Part shown: piece after piece, positions 49,694 to 59,193 of the stretch
Layout: each line of letters begins with the position of its first letter
Numbering within the stretch: the first letter of the stretch is position 1
From: an uncultured Clostridia bacterium
Lineage (GTDB): Bacteria > Bacillota > Clostridia > Christensenellales > UBA3700
Length of the DNA stretch: 64,000 bases
Reading direction: 5' to 3'
Assembly: GCA_944383935.1 (NCBI GenBank)
Contig: CALWRK010000001.1
Coordinates: forward strand, 19,484-83,483
Notes under the pieces: model-generated
Databases searched by the model: none
What the model was told of the DNA's origin: nothing
The model's input: only the letters and a program-made list of their open reading frames with translations
Made by a program: the position numbers and the translations under genes

Positions 49694-50192
49694 ACAATGC
49701 CACCTCCTCGAATTTCTCCGCGTTCACCTCTATCACGCCCTCTGCTACGTCTATTTTCTCTATAACCTGTTTTAATGCGGGAAACGCAACTCTGCCGCCC
49801 TTATCCATGGCGGCTTCGTATATATCGGTGGATGAATATTGCAAAACGTCCTTCACCGTGGCAAACGGCTTGCCGCTCTTTATAAGACGGCAGCCTATGA
49901 TATCGGCGATAAAATACCTGCCGTCCGGCAGTGCGACTGCGTCCTCGCGACTCACATATATCTCTTTCCCGCGCAAAAGCTCCGCCGCATTCCTATCTTC
50001 TATGCCGTCTAACTTGACAAAAACCCCTGCCGGCGTGACGCGCGCACCTGCGACGGCGTAATGTACGCCGCCGATTATGACTTTTTTTAAGTCGAAAAAG
50101 CGCTTGTTATCGTCGGTTAGGGGGTTTACCTTTATCTCGCCCTTGATACCCTGCGGCTTAGCCACGGTTCCGACCGTGACCGTGTTCCTCAT
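49683..50192 (-). CDS. rimM: ribosome maturation factor RimM
   Basis: VGTVAKPQGIKGEIKV N-terminus and PRC barrel C-domain. Conserved rpsP-KH-rimM-trmD order. Confidence 0.92.
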   Translation of the reverse strand: MRNTVTVGTVAKPQGIKGEIKVNPLTDDNKRFFDLKKVIIGGVHYAVAGARVTPAGVFVKLDGIEDRNAAELLRGKEIYVSREDAVALPDGRYFIADIIGCRLIKSGKPFATVKDVLQYSSTDIYEAAMDKGGRVAFPALKQVIEKIDVAEGVIEVNAEKFEEVALYED

Positions 50193-50419
50193 TTTTCTAT
50201 TATATCCACATAATATTTGCCGCCGTCTTTGGACGCCGCCTTTACCAGCATACGGATTGCCTTAGCAATTCTGCCCTGCTTGCCGATAACCTTTCCTATC
50301 TCTTTCTTGTCTACGGTGATATTTATCACGGTGTTTTCGCCTTCTGTCACCGTTTCCACATCAAAGCTGTCCTTATCGTCTACAAGAGAAGAGATGATAT
50401 ATCTAACCAGCTCTTCCAT
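50189..50419 (-). CDS. KH domain RNA-binding protein (YlqC-like)
   Basis: 76 aa with KH core GKVIGKQGRIAKAIR. Confidence 0.9.
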   Translation of the reverse strand: MEELVRYIISSLVDDKDSFDVETVTEGENTVINITVDKKEIGKVIGKQGRIAKAIRMLVKAASKDGGKYYVDIIEK

Positions 50420-50420
50420 A

Positions 50421-50663
50421 TTACTTGATGATTTCCTGTTGCTTGAAGATGCTTCTCACGGTGTCGGACATCTGGGCGCCCTTGTTGATCCATTCGGTAG
50501 CCTTGGCAGAATCCACCTTTACGACTGCGGGATTCTTGGTGGGATCGTAGTAGCCGATATTGTCGAGATATTGCGCATCTCTTGCCTTACGGCTGTCGAT
50601 TGCCACAATGCGATAGAAAGGTGCTTTCTTGCTGCCCATTCTGGTGAGTCTGATTTTAACCAT
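50421..50663 (-). CDS. rpsP: 30S ribosomal protein S16
   Basis: [41 protein letters not shown]. Confidence 0.97.
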   Translation of the reverse strand: MVKIRLTRMGSKKAPFYRIVAIDSRKARDAQYLDNIGYYDPTKNPAVVKVDSAKATEWINKGAQMSDTVRSIFKQQEIIK

Positions 50664-50706
50664 TTTTTGTTTTCTCCTTTATATGAAAAATTGTATTGTC
50701 GTATTA

Positions 50707-52032
50707 TTAGAAAGGCATTCTGAATCCGCGCCTGCCCATATTGGACATACGGCTCATCATCTCTCTGACCTGCGAGAACTGTTTGAGCAGCGTATTCACA
50801 TCTTGAATGGTGGTTCCGCTTCCCGCAGCAATTCTCTTCTTGTGCGAGCCCTTGATAATATCGGGATTCTGCCGTTCGGCGGGAGTCATAGACTGAATTA
50901 TCGCCTTGACTTTTTTCATGTTCTTCTCGTCCACGCTCAGATCCTGACCTTTTAGTTTGCCCGCAAGTCCGGGGATCATTCCCAGCATCTGGGACATATC
51001 TCCCATGCCCTTCATCTTATCTATCTGCGAGAGATAATCTTCCAAAGTGAAGGATTTTTCCTTCATCTTGCGCTGCATCTCCCTTGCTTCTTCTTCCGTA
51101 TACGCACTCTGCGCCTTTTCTATCAAGGTGAGCACGTCGCCCATACCCAATATACGCGACGCCATGCGTTCGGGATGGAAAACTTCTATATCCGAAAGTT
51201 TTTCTCCCGTGCCGCAGAACTTGATGGGTTTGCCCGTAACCGCCCTTATGGACAGCGCCGCGCCGCCTCTGGTGTCGCCGTCCAACTTGGTGAGCACCAC
51301 GCCCGTCACATCCATCACGTCGTTAAACGCCTTTGCCACGTTCACCGCGTCCTGACCGGTCATTGCGTCCACGACAAGCAGGATTTCATCGGGATTGAAC
51401 GCCTTTTTCAGCCCGGATATTTCATCCATCAGCTTGTCATCTATATGCAATCTGCCGGCGGTATCTATAATCAATGTGTCATAGCCCTTCGATTCCGCCT
51501 CTTTCAAAGCGCCCTTTACTATTTTCTGCGGATCTGTCTGCCCCATCTCGAACACGGGCACGTCGGCATTCTTACCCACAACTTGCAACTGCTTTATGGC
51601 TGCGGGACGGTATATGTCGCACGCCACGAGCAGCGGTTTCTTGCCCTGTTTTCTCAGCATTACCGCAAGTTTTCCGCACATTGTGGTCTTGCCCCCGCCC
51701 TGCAAGCCGCACATCAATATTATTGTGGGTGGCTTGTCCGCCACTTTCAACTTAGATGACGTCCCTCCCATCACATTGGTCAGCTCGTCTTTGACTATGG
51801 CTATGACCTGCTGTGCGGGAGAAAGGCTTTTAAGGACCTGTTCGCCCACCGCCTTTTCGCTCACATTGCCTATAAACTGCTTGACCACCGACAAATTCAC
51901 GTCGGCTTCCAGCAGAGCGATACGCACTTCTCGCATCGCACTCTTCACTTCCAGCTCGGTAAGTTTACCCTTATCCTTGAGCTTGGAAAATATATGTGAC
52001 AATCTTTCGCTCAGTCCGCTGAATGCGCCCAT
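50707..52032 (-). CDS. ffh: signal recognition particle protein Ffh
   Basis: N domain, G domain GLQGGGKTT/DTAGR/TKLDGD and methionine-rich M domain (MGDMSQMLGMIPGL). Confidence 0.97.
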   Translation of the reverse strand: MGAFSGLSERLSHIFSKLKDKGKLTELEVKSAMREVRIALLEADVNLSVVKQFIGNVSEKAVGEQVLKSLSPAQQVIAIVKDELTNVMGGTSSKLKVADKPPTIILMCGLQGGGKTTMCGKLAVMLRKQGKKPLLVACDIYRPAAIKQLQVVGKNADVPVFEMGQTDPQKIVKGALKEAESKGYDTLIIDTAGRLHIDDKLMDEISGLKKAFNPDEILLVVDAMTGQDAVNVAKAFNDVMDVTGVVLTKLDGDTRGGAALSIRAVTGKPIKFCGTGEKLSDIEVFHPERMASRILGMGDVLTLIEKAQSAYTEEEAREMQRKMKEKSFTLEDYLSQIDKMKGMGDMSQMLGMIPGLAGKLKGQDLSVDEKNMKKVKAIIQSMTPAERQNPDIIKGSHKKRIAAGSGTTIQDVNTLLKQFSQVREMMSRMSNMGRRGFRMPF

Positions 52033-52045
52033 TATCTACTCCTTA

Positions 52046-52369
52046 TCAACTATCCAAGAGATCCCTTGCCCTCTTGGCAAGCTGCGCTGCTTTCTCTCCG
52101 CCCGAAAGGGCGATCTCGTCCAAAATTTTGCGCAGCATATCCGATTTCTCTACCATCTTCAACTTCCTCTCAGCTTCTATAAGAGTGCGCTCCGCCCTTT
52201 TCAAAGTATCGGACACCCCCTGCGGAGAGATGGAATGTGCCTCGGCTATTTCACCCAAAGACATATCCTGATTGTAATACATATCCACGAGTTCGCGTTG
52301 GTAGTCCGTCAGCAAAGCCCCATAATAGTCGTTATACAATCCGATATACAGTTTATCTCTTTTTTCCAT
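52046..52369 (-). CDS. ylxM: YlxM-like putative DNA-binding protein (UPF0122)
   Basis: MEKRDKLYIGLYNDYYGALLTDYQRELVDMYYNQDMSLGEIAE... aligns with B. subtilis YlxM. Start placed at ATG 52369, not the TTG at 52378. Confidence 0.88.
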   Translation of the reverse strand: MEKRDKLYIGLYNDYYGALLTDYQRELVDMYYNQDMSLGEIAEAHSISPQGVSDTLKRAERTLIEAERKLKMVEKSDMLRKILDEIALSGGEKAAQLAKRARDLLDS

Positions 52370-52411
52370 AGCCGTCAAGTAAAAATACTTGTTAAAGCAT
52401 TTTTCCTTTAT

Positions 52412-52440
52412 ATTATATACGTCCCGTTTGCCAATGTCAA
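52412..52440 (-). promoter_or_regulatory. perfect consensus sigma-70 promoter of the ylxM-ffh-rpsP chain
   Basis: Minus strand TTGACA (52440-52435), 17 nt, TATAAT (52417-52412). Confidence 0.6.
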
Positions 52441-52478
52441 CAAAAAAAACGATAAAATTACCTCCGCCTAAGCGGAGG
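52441..52478 (-). terminator. rho-independent terminator after ftsY
   Basis: CCTCCGC (52461-52467) / GCGGAGG (52472-52478) with a 4-nt loop, followed on the minus strand by TAATTTTATCGTTTTTTTT. Confidence 0.8.
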
Positions 52479-52511
52479 CGATATGATTTTTGTCAGCTTT
52501 CAATTTGCGCG

Positions 52512-53408
52512 TCACTCGAATATGGAGTCTATAAACGTCTTGGCGTCGAACTCTGCCAGATCGTCTATCTTTTCGCCCACGCCCACGAATATGACGGGCA
52601 ACTCCCGTTCCGCGGAGATGGCAAACACCACTCCTCCCTTGGCAGTGCCGTCCATCTTATTCAAAATTATGCCGTCCACGTCGATTATCTCGTCAAACGC
52701 CTCCACCTGCGACAAAGCGTTCTGACCGGTGGTGGCATCAAGCACTATATATGTGCGATAGTCCGCATCGGGACATTCCCTCTCCACCACCTTATTTATC
52801 TTGGACAGCTCGTTCATCAAATTCTTCTTGTTCTGCAATCTGCCCGCCGTATCTATGAGCACCACATCCGTACCCTTTGCTTTTGCAGACGAGAGGGCGT
52901 CGAATACCACGGCTGCGGGATCTGACCCCTCTTCGTGCTTTATGAGGCGCACTCCCGCACGCTGAGCCCACACTTCCAGCTGTTCTCCGGCAGCCGCCCG
53001 AAATGTGTCGGCAGCCGCCATAACAACGCTTTTTCCCTTACTTTTGAAGTATTTTGCCATCTTGCCGATGGCGGTGGTCTTGCCCACGCCGTTCACCCCC
53101 GCCACCAATATGATAAGCGGATACTCGTACGGAGCGACGTCGTAGTCTATGCTTTCCACCATTATCTCTTTGAGCAGTTCCCTGGCGTCCTCCGCCTTGG
53201 ATATGCGTTTTTCAAAACATTCGTCCTTAAAGCGGGAGAGGATCTGTTCGGTGGCCTCCACTCCCATGTCGGAGGATATGAGCACACTCTCCAAGTCATC
53301 GAAGAAGTCCTCATCCAGCGCCCTGCCCGTAAAGAGCGAATAGAACTTTTTTGCTATGGCTTCCTTTGTCTTTTTCAGACCCTGCGCCAATTTACCGAAT
53401 ATTCCCAT
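52512..53408 (-). CDS. ftsY: signal recognition particle receptor FtsY (short form, no acidic A domain)
   Basis: GVNGVGKTT, DTAGR and NKMDGTAKGG. Confidence 0.96.
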   Translation of the reverse strand: MGIFGKLAQGLKKTKEAIAKKFYSLFTGRALDEDFFDDLESVLISSDMGVEATEQILSRFKDECFEKRISKAEDARELLKEIMVESIDYDVAPYEYPLIILVAGVNGVGKTTAIGKMAKYFKSKGKSVVMAAADTFRAAAGEQLEVWAQRAGVRLIKHEEGSDPAAVVFDALSSAKAKGTDVVLIDTAGRLQNKKNLMNELSKINKVVERECPDADYRTYIVLDATTGQNALSQVEAFDEIIDVDGIILNKMDGTAKGGVVFAISAERELPVIFVGVGEKIDDLAEFDAKTFIDSIFE

Positions 53409-53416
53409 TTTTCACC

Positions 53417-56400
53417 TCATTCGGAACTGCTGTGTTTGACAGCCTCTTTAAGCGACACAGACACCACGTCCGATACGCCCAATTCCTGCATGGTCACGCC
53501 GTAGAGCATATCCGCCTGCTCCATGGTGGGTTTGCGGTGCGTGATAACTATGAATTGCGTACTGTCGGAAAATCTCTTTAAGTAGCGCGCAAACAGATCC
53601 ACGTTGCTTTCATCCAGCGCCGCGTCTATCTCGTCCAATATGCAAAAGGGCATGGGGCGCAGGCGCAAGATTGCAAACAGAATACATATGGCGGTAAACG
53701 CCTGCTCGCCGCCCGAAAGCTGCGAGAGGTTGCGCAAATTCTTGCCGGGAGGCTCCGCATATATCTCTATGCCTGCTTCCAGCGGATCTTCCGCACTGTC
53801 CAAATCCACTTCCAACCTGCCCGTACCGCCGCCGAACATCTCGGAAAATATCGTCTGAAAGTTGGAGTTTATCTTCTTAAACTCCCTATTGAAGCGCTCG
53901 CTCATCTCCTTGCTCAAAGTGGCGATTATCTCCATGATGTCCGACTGTGCTTTGCGCATATCGTCGCGCTGGGCGGCGAGTTCGTCATGCCTGCCCTGCG
54001 TTTCCTTATACATATCTATTGATTCCAAATTGACGGGACCTATCTTGCTCATCGTGCGCCTCAGTTTGGCTATCTCTCCCACTGCCTTTTCGTGGTCGAA
54101 ATCCGCCCTTCTGAAACGCACTGCACCGGCATAGTCCAAGTCGTATTCCTCGGATATATGCACGCGCATCTCCTCGGCGTCCTCGTCTATCTTCTGCATC
54201 TTGGTCTCCTGCCTCACCTTCTCCTCATTAGCGGATATGGTGGATTTCGTCAAATTGTCCTTGGACAATAACAGCGCCGCGATATCTTCGTCCAGTTTGG
54301 ATTTATACTCATCCAACGAAGCTATTTTCTCCTTTATCTCCGTCTGGCGCTTCTTATCCTCCGCACTTACTACGGCGTTGTCTATATCTGATTCCGTCTG
54401 CTTTATCTTGTCTTCGGTAGCGGTGAGCGCCTGCCTTATAGCCGTGCGCTCCTCCGTCAAAGCCTTACTCTCCCCCTCCAAACGGGAAATATTATCCCCG
54501 TGCATGGCTATATTGTTTTCCAAATTGGTCAGCTGAACTCTGAGTTCGGTTAATCTGGAGGAAAGCTCCTTGCTGCGTTCGCGCATTCTGGCATATCCCG
54601 CCCTGCGCTCTTTTTCCGCCTCATCGTCGTGTGCCGGCACTCCCGCTCCCGTGTCTACGCTGTCCAACGCGTTGCTTATCAGCTGAATCCTGCGGCGGAT
54701 ATTCTCCCTTGCGTCCGTCTTGGCGGTGAGGGACGCGGACAATTCGTTACACTTACCCGCCGCCTTTTCCAGCTTTTGAGTTGCGGTGGCGAGTTCCACC
54801 TCCGCGTTGTGGAAATCTTCATCAAACGCTTTCAGCTGCTCTTGCAGTTCTTCCGCTTCTTCCTGCGCCCTCTTGTACGCCGCAACAACTTTGTCATACT
54901 CTTTTTTCAGCTTCTCCGCATTGTCCTTGTACTCTTGCAGGGTGCGCTCGTGTCCGAACACATTGGACATGGCGGATTTGTTCACAGTTCCGCCGCTTAT
55001 CGCGCCCGTGGTGTTGAGCATATCGCCTTCCAAGGTGACGATGCGCACATTATAGCCGTACCTACGCGCCGCGGAAACCGCGTTGTCCAAATTGTCGAAT
55101 ACGATGGTACTGCCCAGCAGACCGCTGATTATGCTGTCGTATTTTCTTTCATAAGATACCAGCTTAGACGCCTCTCCCAAGCAGCCGCTTTCGCGTAATA
55201 TGCCCGTCATTCTCGGATCGAGGTCGCGCCTCTTATAGCTGGTCATGGGGAGAAACGTGACCGCACCCAATCTATTGTTCTTCAAATATCTTATCAGGTA
55301 TTTTGCGTCCTCTTCATTCGCTGTGACCACATTTTGAACGGAACCGCCCAACGCCGTGGATATGGCGGTTTCATACTCTTTGGGCACCTTGATGATATCC
55401 GCAACCAATCCTTCTATATGCGAATCCAGTTCTTCGTCATGGCGCGCCGCCTGCATCAGATGTTTGACTGCGTCGCGAAAGTTTGCGTAGTCGCGACTAT
55501 AATCGGCAAGCAATTTTATTCTTGATTCCAATCCGCTCATACGCGATTGAATATCTACGGATGCGGAGCGGTTTTTCTCCACTTTCGCATTGGCTTCACG
55601 CAGGGCAAACATCACTTCGTTTCTGGAAGACGCCAGTCTGTCGCGCTGTTTGCGCAGCCTCTGCACCGTGCTCTCCAACTCCAGCTTATCCTCTTCCGCG
55701 CCTTTTAGCTCGCTTTTAAGGTCGGTCATCTCCGCGCTCAGCTCGTCCTCGCGCTCCATCAGGGTATCGCGCTCAGCGGTAAGTTTTCCGTAGTTTTCCT
55801 TTATGTCCGCAATACTCTCCATGGCTTTGAGCAGTTCATCGTTGCGGCTCTCCATCTCCCGCTCGCCTTCCGTTAGTTTTGCCAGCAGTTCTTCATATTC
55901 CTTATCCAGTTCGTCGTACTCTTCTTTCACTTCCCCCTGCTCTTCTTTTGCCATGTTGAGGTGTGTGACATGATATGTATGTTCCTGCTCTTTTTTGTCT
56001 ATATCTTCTTCTATGGCGACAAGGCGCGCCTCCGCCTCTTCTCTGTTGGAAGTGAGGTGCGCCATACGCTCGGAGAGGGTATTGCCGGTACCTCGAATAC
56101 TCTCCGCCGCCACCGCCAAAGCGGTAAGTTCATCTCTCAGACGGGAGATGTATACATCCGTATTGTTCCTGTCCATGGTCATCTTGGAATAACGCCTGTC
56201 CGCATCTTCCGACTGAACGCGCAACTCTTCCAGCTGTCTTATGACAGCGTCCAAATCGCGCTGAACCTGCGCTTTGAGTTCGGCATTGTGCTCATAACCA
56301 TAGACAAACTCGTTTATCTCCAAATCGCGCAATTCATCGCGCAGTTGCAGATATTTCCTGGCGTCTGCGCTCTGCCTTTCCAGCGGTTCCAGCTGACGGT

Positions 56401-56998
56401 CCAACTCTTGCAATATGGACTCTATCCTCTGCAAATTATTCTCCGTCTGTTCCAACTTGGACTGAGCTTCCTTCTTGCGTTTTTTATGGGTGGAAATACC
56501 TGCTGCGTCTTCAAATATAGCCCTTCTGTCCACGGGCTTTGCGTTTATAATCTCCGAAACTCTGCCCTGGCCTATTATACTATATCCTTCCTTACCCAAG
56601 CCGGTATTACGGATTATGTCCTGAATATCCCTCAAACGGCACTGCGTATCGTTTATATAATATTCGCTCTCTCCCGAGCGGAAAAGTTTTCTGGTTATCT
56701 TTACTTCATCGAAAGCAAGCGTGGGAAAGAGTTTGTCCTTATTGTCAAAGTAAAGTGACACTTCCGCAAAAGACATAGATTTTCTCACCTTTGTGCCGTT
56801 GAATATGACGTCTTGCATACTCTTGCCGCGCAAAGCCTTTGCACTCTGTTCGCCCAGCACCCAACGCACGGCGTCCGCAACATTACTCTTGCCGCAACCG
56901 TTGGGACCTACGATACCCGTAATACCGTCGTTGATCTCTATGACCTTGCGATCGGCAAAGGACTTAAAACCGAATACTTCTATTTTCTTAAAATTCAA
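53417..56998 (-). CDS. smc: chromosome segregation protein SMC
   Basis: 1193 aa. N-terminal GPNGCGKSN, long coiled coils flanking a hinge, C-terminal LSGGEQ and ILDEIDAALD. TTG start with AGGAG upstream. Confidence 0.97.
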   Translation of the reverse strand: MNFKKIEVFGFKSFADRKVIEINDGITGIVGPNGCGKSNVADAVRWVLGEQSAKALRGKSMQDVIFNGTKVRKSMSFAEVSLYFDNKDKLFPTLAFDEVKITRKLFRSGESEYYINDTQCRLRDIQDIIRNTGLGKEGYSIIGQGRVSEIINAKPVDRRAIFEDAAGISTHKKRKKEAQSKLEQTENNLQRIESILQELDRQLEPLERQSADARKYLQLRDELRDLEINEFVYGYEHNAELKAQVQRDLDAVIRQLEELRVQSEDADRRYSKMTMDRNNTDVYISRLRDELTALAVAAESIRGTGNTLSERMAHLTSNREEAEARLVAIEEDIDKKEQEHTYHVTHLNMAKEEQGEVKEEYDELDKEYEELLAKLTEGEREMESRNDELLKAMESIADIKENYGKLTAERDTLMEREDELSAEMTDLKSELKGAEEDKLELESTVQRLRKQRDRLASSRNEVMFALREANAKVEKNRSASVDIQSRMSGLESRIKLLADYSRDYANFRDAVKHLMQAARHDEELDSHIEGLVADIIKVPKEYETAISTALGGSVQNVVTANEEDAKYLIRYLKNNRLGAVTFLPMTSYKRRDLDPRMTGILRESGCLGEASKLVSYERKYDSIISGLLGSTIVFDNLDNAVSAARRYGYNVRIVTLEGDMLNTTGAISGGTVNKSAMSNVFGHERTLQEYKDNAEKLKKEYDKVVAAYKRAQEEAEELQEQLKAFDEDFHNAEVELATATQKLEKAAGKCNELSASLTAKTDARENIRRRIQLISNALDSVDTGAGVPAHDDEAEKERRAGYARMRERSKELSSRLTELRVQLTNLENNIAMHGDNISRLEGESKALTEERTAIRQALTATEDKIKQTESDIDNAVVSAEDKKRQTEIKEKIASLDEYKSKLDEDIAALLLSKDNLTKSTISANEEKVRQETKMQKIDEDAEEMRVHISEEYDLDYAGAVRFRRADFDHEKAVGEIAKLRRTMSKIGPVNLESIDMYKETQGRHDELAAQRDDMRKAQSDIMEIIATLSKEMSERFNREFKKINSNFQTIFSEMFGGGTGRLEVDLDSAEDPLEAGIEIYAEPPGKNLRNLSQLSGGEQAFTAICILFAILRLRPMPFCILDEIDAALDESNVDLFARYLKRFSDSTQFIVITHRKPTMEQADMLYGVTMQELGVSDVVSVSLKEAVKHSSSE

Positions 56999-57176
56999 AT
57001 ACGGATACTCCTAGTTATATTATAATAATTATAACAATAAAATGCCCGCCAACGCAAGCATTTATTCAAACAAAAGCCGCCTGCATGAAAACCGCGTGCG
57101 GTATAAACATCTATTTCGACAAATATCTTATATTTTCAACTGTTAAGCGCCCGACAACGTCTATTTCCGCTTTTAT

Positions 57177-57818
57177 CTATGCTTTTCCGGCACTAGAATG
57201 AAAAAGAATAACGGCATTCTTAGCGCAGTCCTTCTCCGCGGCTTTTTTGGAAGATCCTTTTCCCTCCGCTATCGTCTTGCCGTGCACCTCGAGTTCCACC
57301 GTTACGCCCTCTTCCGTGTCCGAGATAACGCGATATTCGTACTTGTCGTAAAGCTCGTTCACCTCGCTCTTGTAGTCGCGATAGTCGGGATGTGAATTTA
57401 TGGCGTCCCCCGCCGTTTTAAGCACGAATTCCCGCGCGACAGACAGCCCTCCATCCACGCACAGCGCGCCTATAACCGCCTCATATACATCGCAATATCT
57501 CTTTGCGTTGAGAGGTGTATTGGGCATACTATCTGAGCATTTAAGCAATTCTACGGCGGCTCCCAAACGGGAAATGGGCTCTTTTGACACGATAGCTTTA
57601 CGCATATTGGTCAACTCGCCCGCGTCGCTGTCCTGATAGAGGGCATACAGCCTTTCCGACACTACCGCACCCAAAATACTGTCGCCCAAAAATTCCAGCC
57701 TGTCATAGTTTTCCGCCTCGGATACCGTGGACATCGACGGATGAGTCAAAGCGGCGGCTATAATCGCCTTGTCCTTGAACACATATCCCGTTATCTCTTC
57801 CGCCTTTAATATATTCAT
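57177..57818 (-). CDS. rnc: ribonuclease III
   Basis: RNase III signature ERLEFLGDS plus C-terminal dsRBD. Confidence 0.95.
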   Translation of the reverse strand: MNILKAEEITGYVFKDKAIIAAALTHPSMSTVSEAENYDRLEFLGDSILGAVVSERLYALYQDSDAGELTNMRKAIVSKEPISRLGAAVELLKCSDSMPNTPLNAKRYCDVYEAVIGALCVDGGLSVAREFVLKTAGDAINSHPDYRDYKSEVNELYDKYEYRVISDTEEGVTVELEVHGKTIAEGKGSSKKAAEKDCAKNAVILFHSSAGKA

Positions 57819-58816
57819 CTGAATTTGAGTCCGTCCTCTATCTTCTCCGGCACTCTGCTCTCCGCCATGCCGTACGCCTTGGCGATCGCGTTCATAAACG
57901 CCTGAGCCTTTCCCGAACCGTGCGTCTTTACAAGCACCTTTTTCATTCCGAGGAATACTGCTCCGCCCACGTCGTCACTGCTCATCTTATTTTTAACCTT
58001 TTTGAGCACGGGCTTTAACATAATATATCCCAACTTGGCGCGCAGACCGCCCTGCATGATGCCCTCTTTGATCAAGCCGAATAAGACGCTTCCCATGCCC
58101 TCGCTCGCCTTTATACCGATATTGCCGTTAAAACCATCCGCGACAATCACGTCGACTGCGCCTGTGAGCAGATCTCTGCACTCTATGTTTCCGACGAAAT
58201 TTATCCCCTGCGTAGTAGCAAGCAATTTATGCGCTGCCTTTGTCTGGTCGTTGCCCTTTTCCGGCTCCGCTCCGTTATTCAAAAGTCCCACGGTCGGAGA
58301 TGTTATTTTGAACATCTCGCTCATATATACGCTGCCCATGACGGCGAATTCGCACAGCTGTTCGGGACGACAGTCTATATTGGCGCCGCCGTCTGCCAAG
58401 ATGGTGTACGCTCCCTTTGCGTTGGGAAGAACGGGACAGAGCGCCGCGCGCGTAACTCCTTCCGAAAGTCCCAAAATTATACTGCCTCCCACGAGCAGAG
58501 CGCCCGTATTTGCGGAGGAAACCATTCCGTCCGCCCTGCCTTCTTTGAGCAAATTAAGCCCCACCACCGTGGAGGAGTTCTTCTTGCGCATTATGGCTTT
58601 TGCGGGCGAGTCGGAGTTGGTAATTACTTCATCGGCTGCCACTACTTCCACTCTGCCCTTGTCGTACTTATAGCCCTGCAAAAGCGCGTTTATCTCATCG
58701 GCATAACCTGTGAGTATCACGCTCAACTCGGGCAATTTATCCAATGCGGCAACGGCTCCCGCCACCGCTTCCTGCGGACAATAATCTCCGCCATAACAAT
58801 CTACCGCTATTCTCAT
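57815..58816 (-). CDS. plsX: phosphate acyltransferase PlsX
   Basis: MRIAVDCYGGDYCPQ N-terminus and full-length PlsX pattern. Conserved rpmF-plsX adjacency. Confidence 0.95.
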   Translation of the reverse strand: MRIAVDCYGGDYCPQEAVAGAVAALDKLPELSVILTGYADEINALLQGYKYDKGRVEVVAADEVITNSDSPAKAIMRKKNSSTVVGLNLLKEGRADGMVSSANTGALLVGGSIILGLSEGVTRAALCPVLPNAKGAYTILADGGANIDCRPEQLCEFAVMGSVYMSEMFKITSPTVGLLNNGAEPEKGNDQTKAAHKLLATTQGINFVGNIECRDLLTGAVDVIVADGFNGNIGIKASEGMGSVLFGLIKEGIMQGGLRAKLGYIMLKPVLKKVKNKMSSDDVGGAVFLGMKKVLVKTHGSGKAQAFMNAIAKAYGMAESRVPEKIEDGLKFR

Positions 58817-58827
58817 AAATTCTCCTT

Positions 58828-58860
58828 AAAGAAAAAGACCGCACAACTGAGTGCACGGTC
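58828..58860 (-). terminator. imperfect hairpin plus T-tract between rpmF and plsX (possible partial terminator)
   Basis: GACCGCAC / GTGC(AC)GGTC with a 2-nt bulge, followed on the minus strand by TTTTTCTTT, which runs into the plsX AAGGAG. Confidence 0.4.
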
Positions 58861-58889
58861 GATTTGCATGATAATTCGAGCCGACAAAC

Positions 58890-59081
58890 TCAGTCAGCTT
58901 TCTTTTCGGTCTTATCAACGACTTGTTCGCCGTCGTAGTATCCGCAGTTGCCGCACACTCTGTGATTCATTTTAAGCTCGTGGCAATGAGGGCACTCTGT
59001 GAGATTGGGCTTGCTGAGCTTCCAGTTAGCCGCCCTCGAACGCTTTCTGGCCTTAGAAGTTTTTCCCTTGGGTACTGCCAT
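58890..59081 (-). CDS. rpmF: 50S ribosomal protein L32
   Basis: MAVPKGKTSKARKRSRAANWK... with the zinc-ribbon pairs CPHC...CGNCG. Confidence 0.96.
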   Translation of the reverse strand: MAVPKGKTSKARKRSRAANWKLSKPNLTECPHCHELKMNHRVCGNCGYYDGEQVVDKTEKKAD

Positions 59082-59122
59082 TTTCGTACACCTCCTCTGC
59101 TTATAATCGGGTTTGCCCTGCT

Positions 59123-59151
59123 ATTATATAAGATTTTACACGCATTGTCAA
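59123..59151 (-). promoter_or_regulatory. perfect consensus sigma-70 promoter of rpmF
   Basis: Minus strand TTGACA (59151-59146), 17 nt, TATAAT (59128-59123). About 40-nt leader with GAGGAGG. Confidence 0.65.
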
Positions 59152-59193
59152 ACAATTTTACGCGTATTTATTATATAATAAGCGATATTTCTT

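Noticed and set aside
57019-57176. 158-bp gap between rnc and smc, examined for a terminator or small RNA
   Set aside because: I found only short, unstable palindromes (for example ACCGCACGCGGT with a 2-nt loop) and AT-rich promoter-like TATAAT repeats. Nothing supports more than an smc promoter region.
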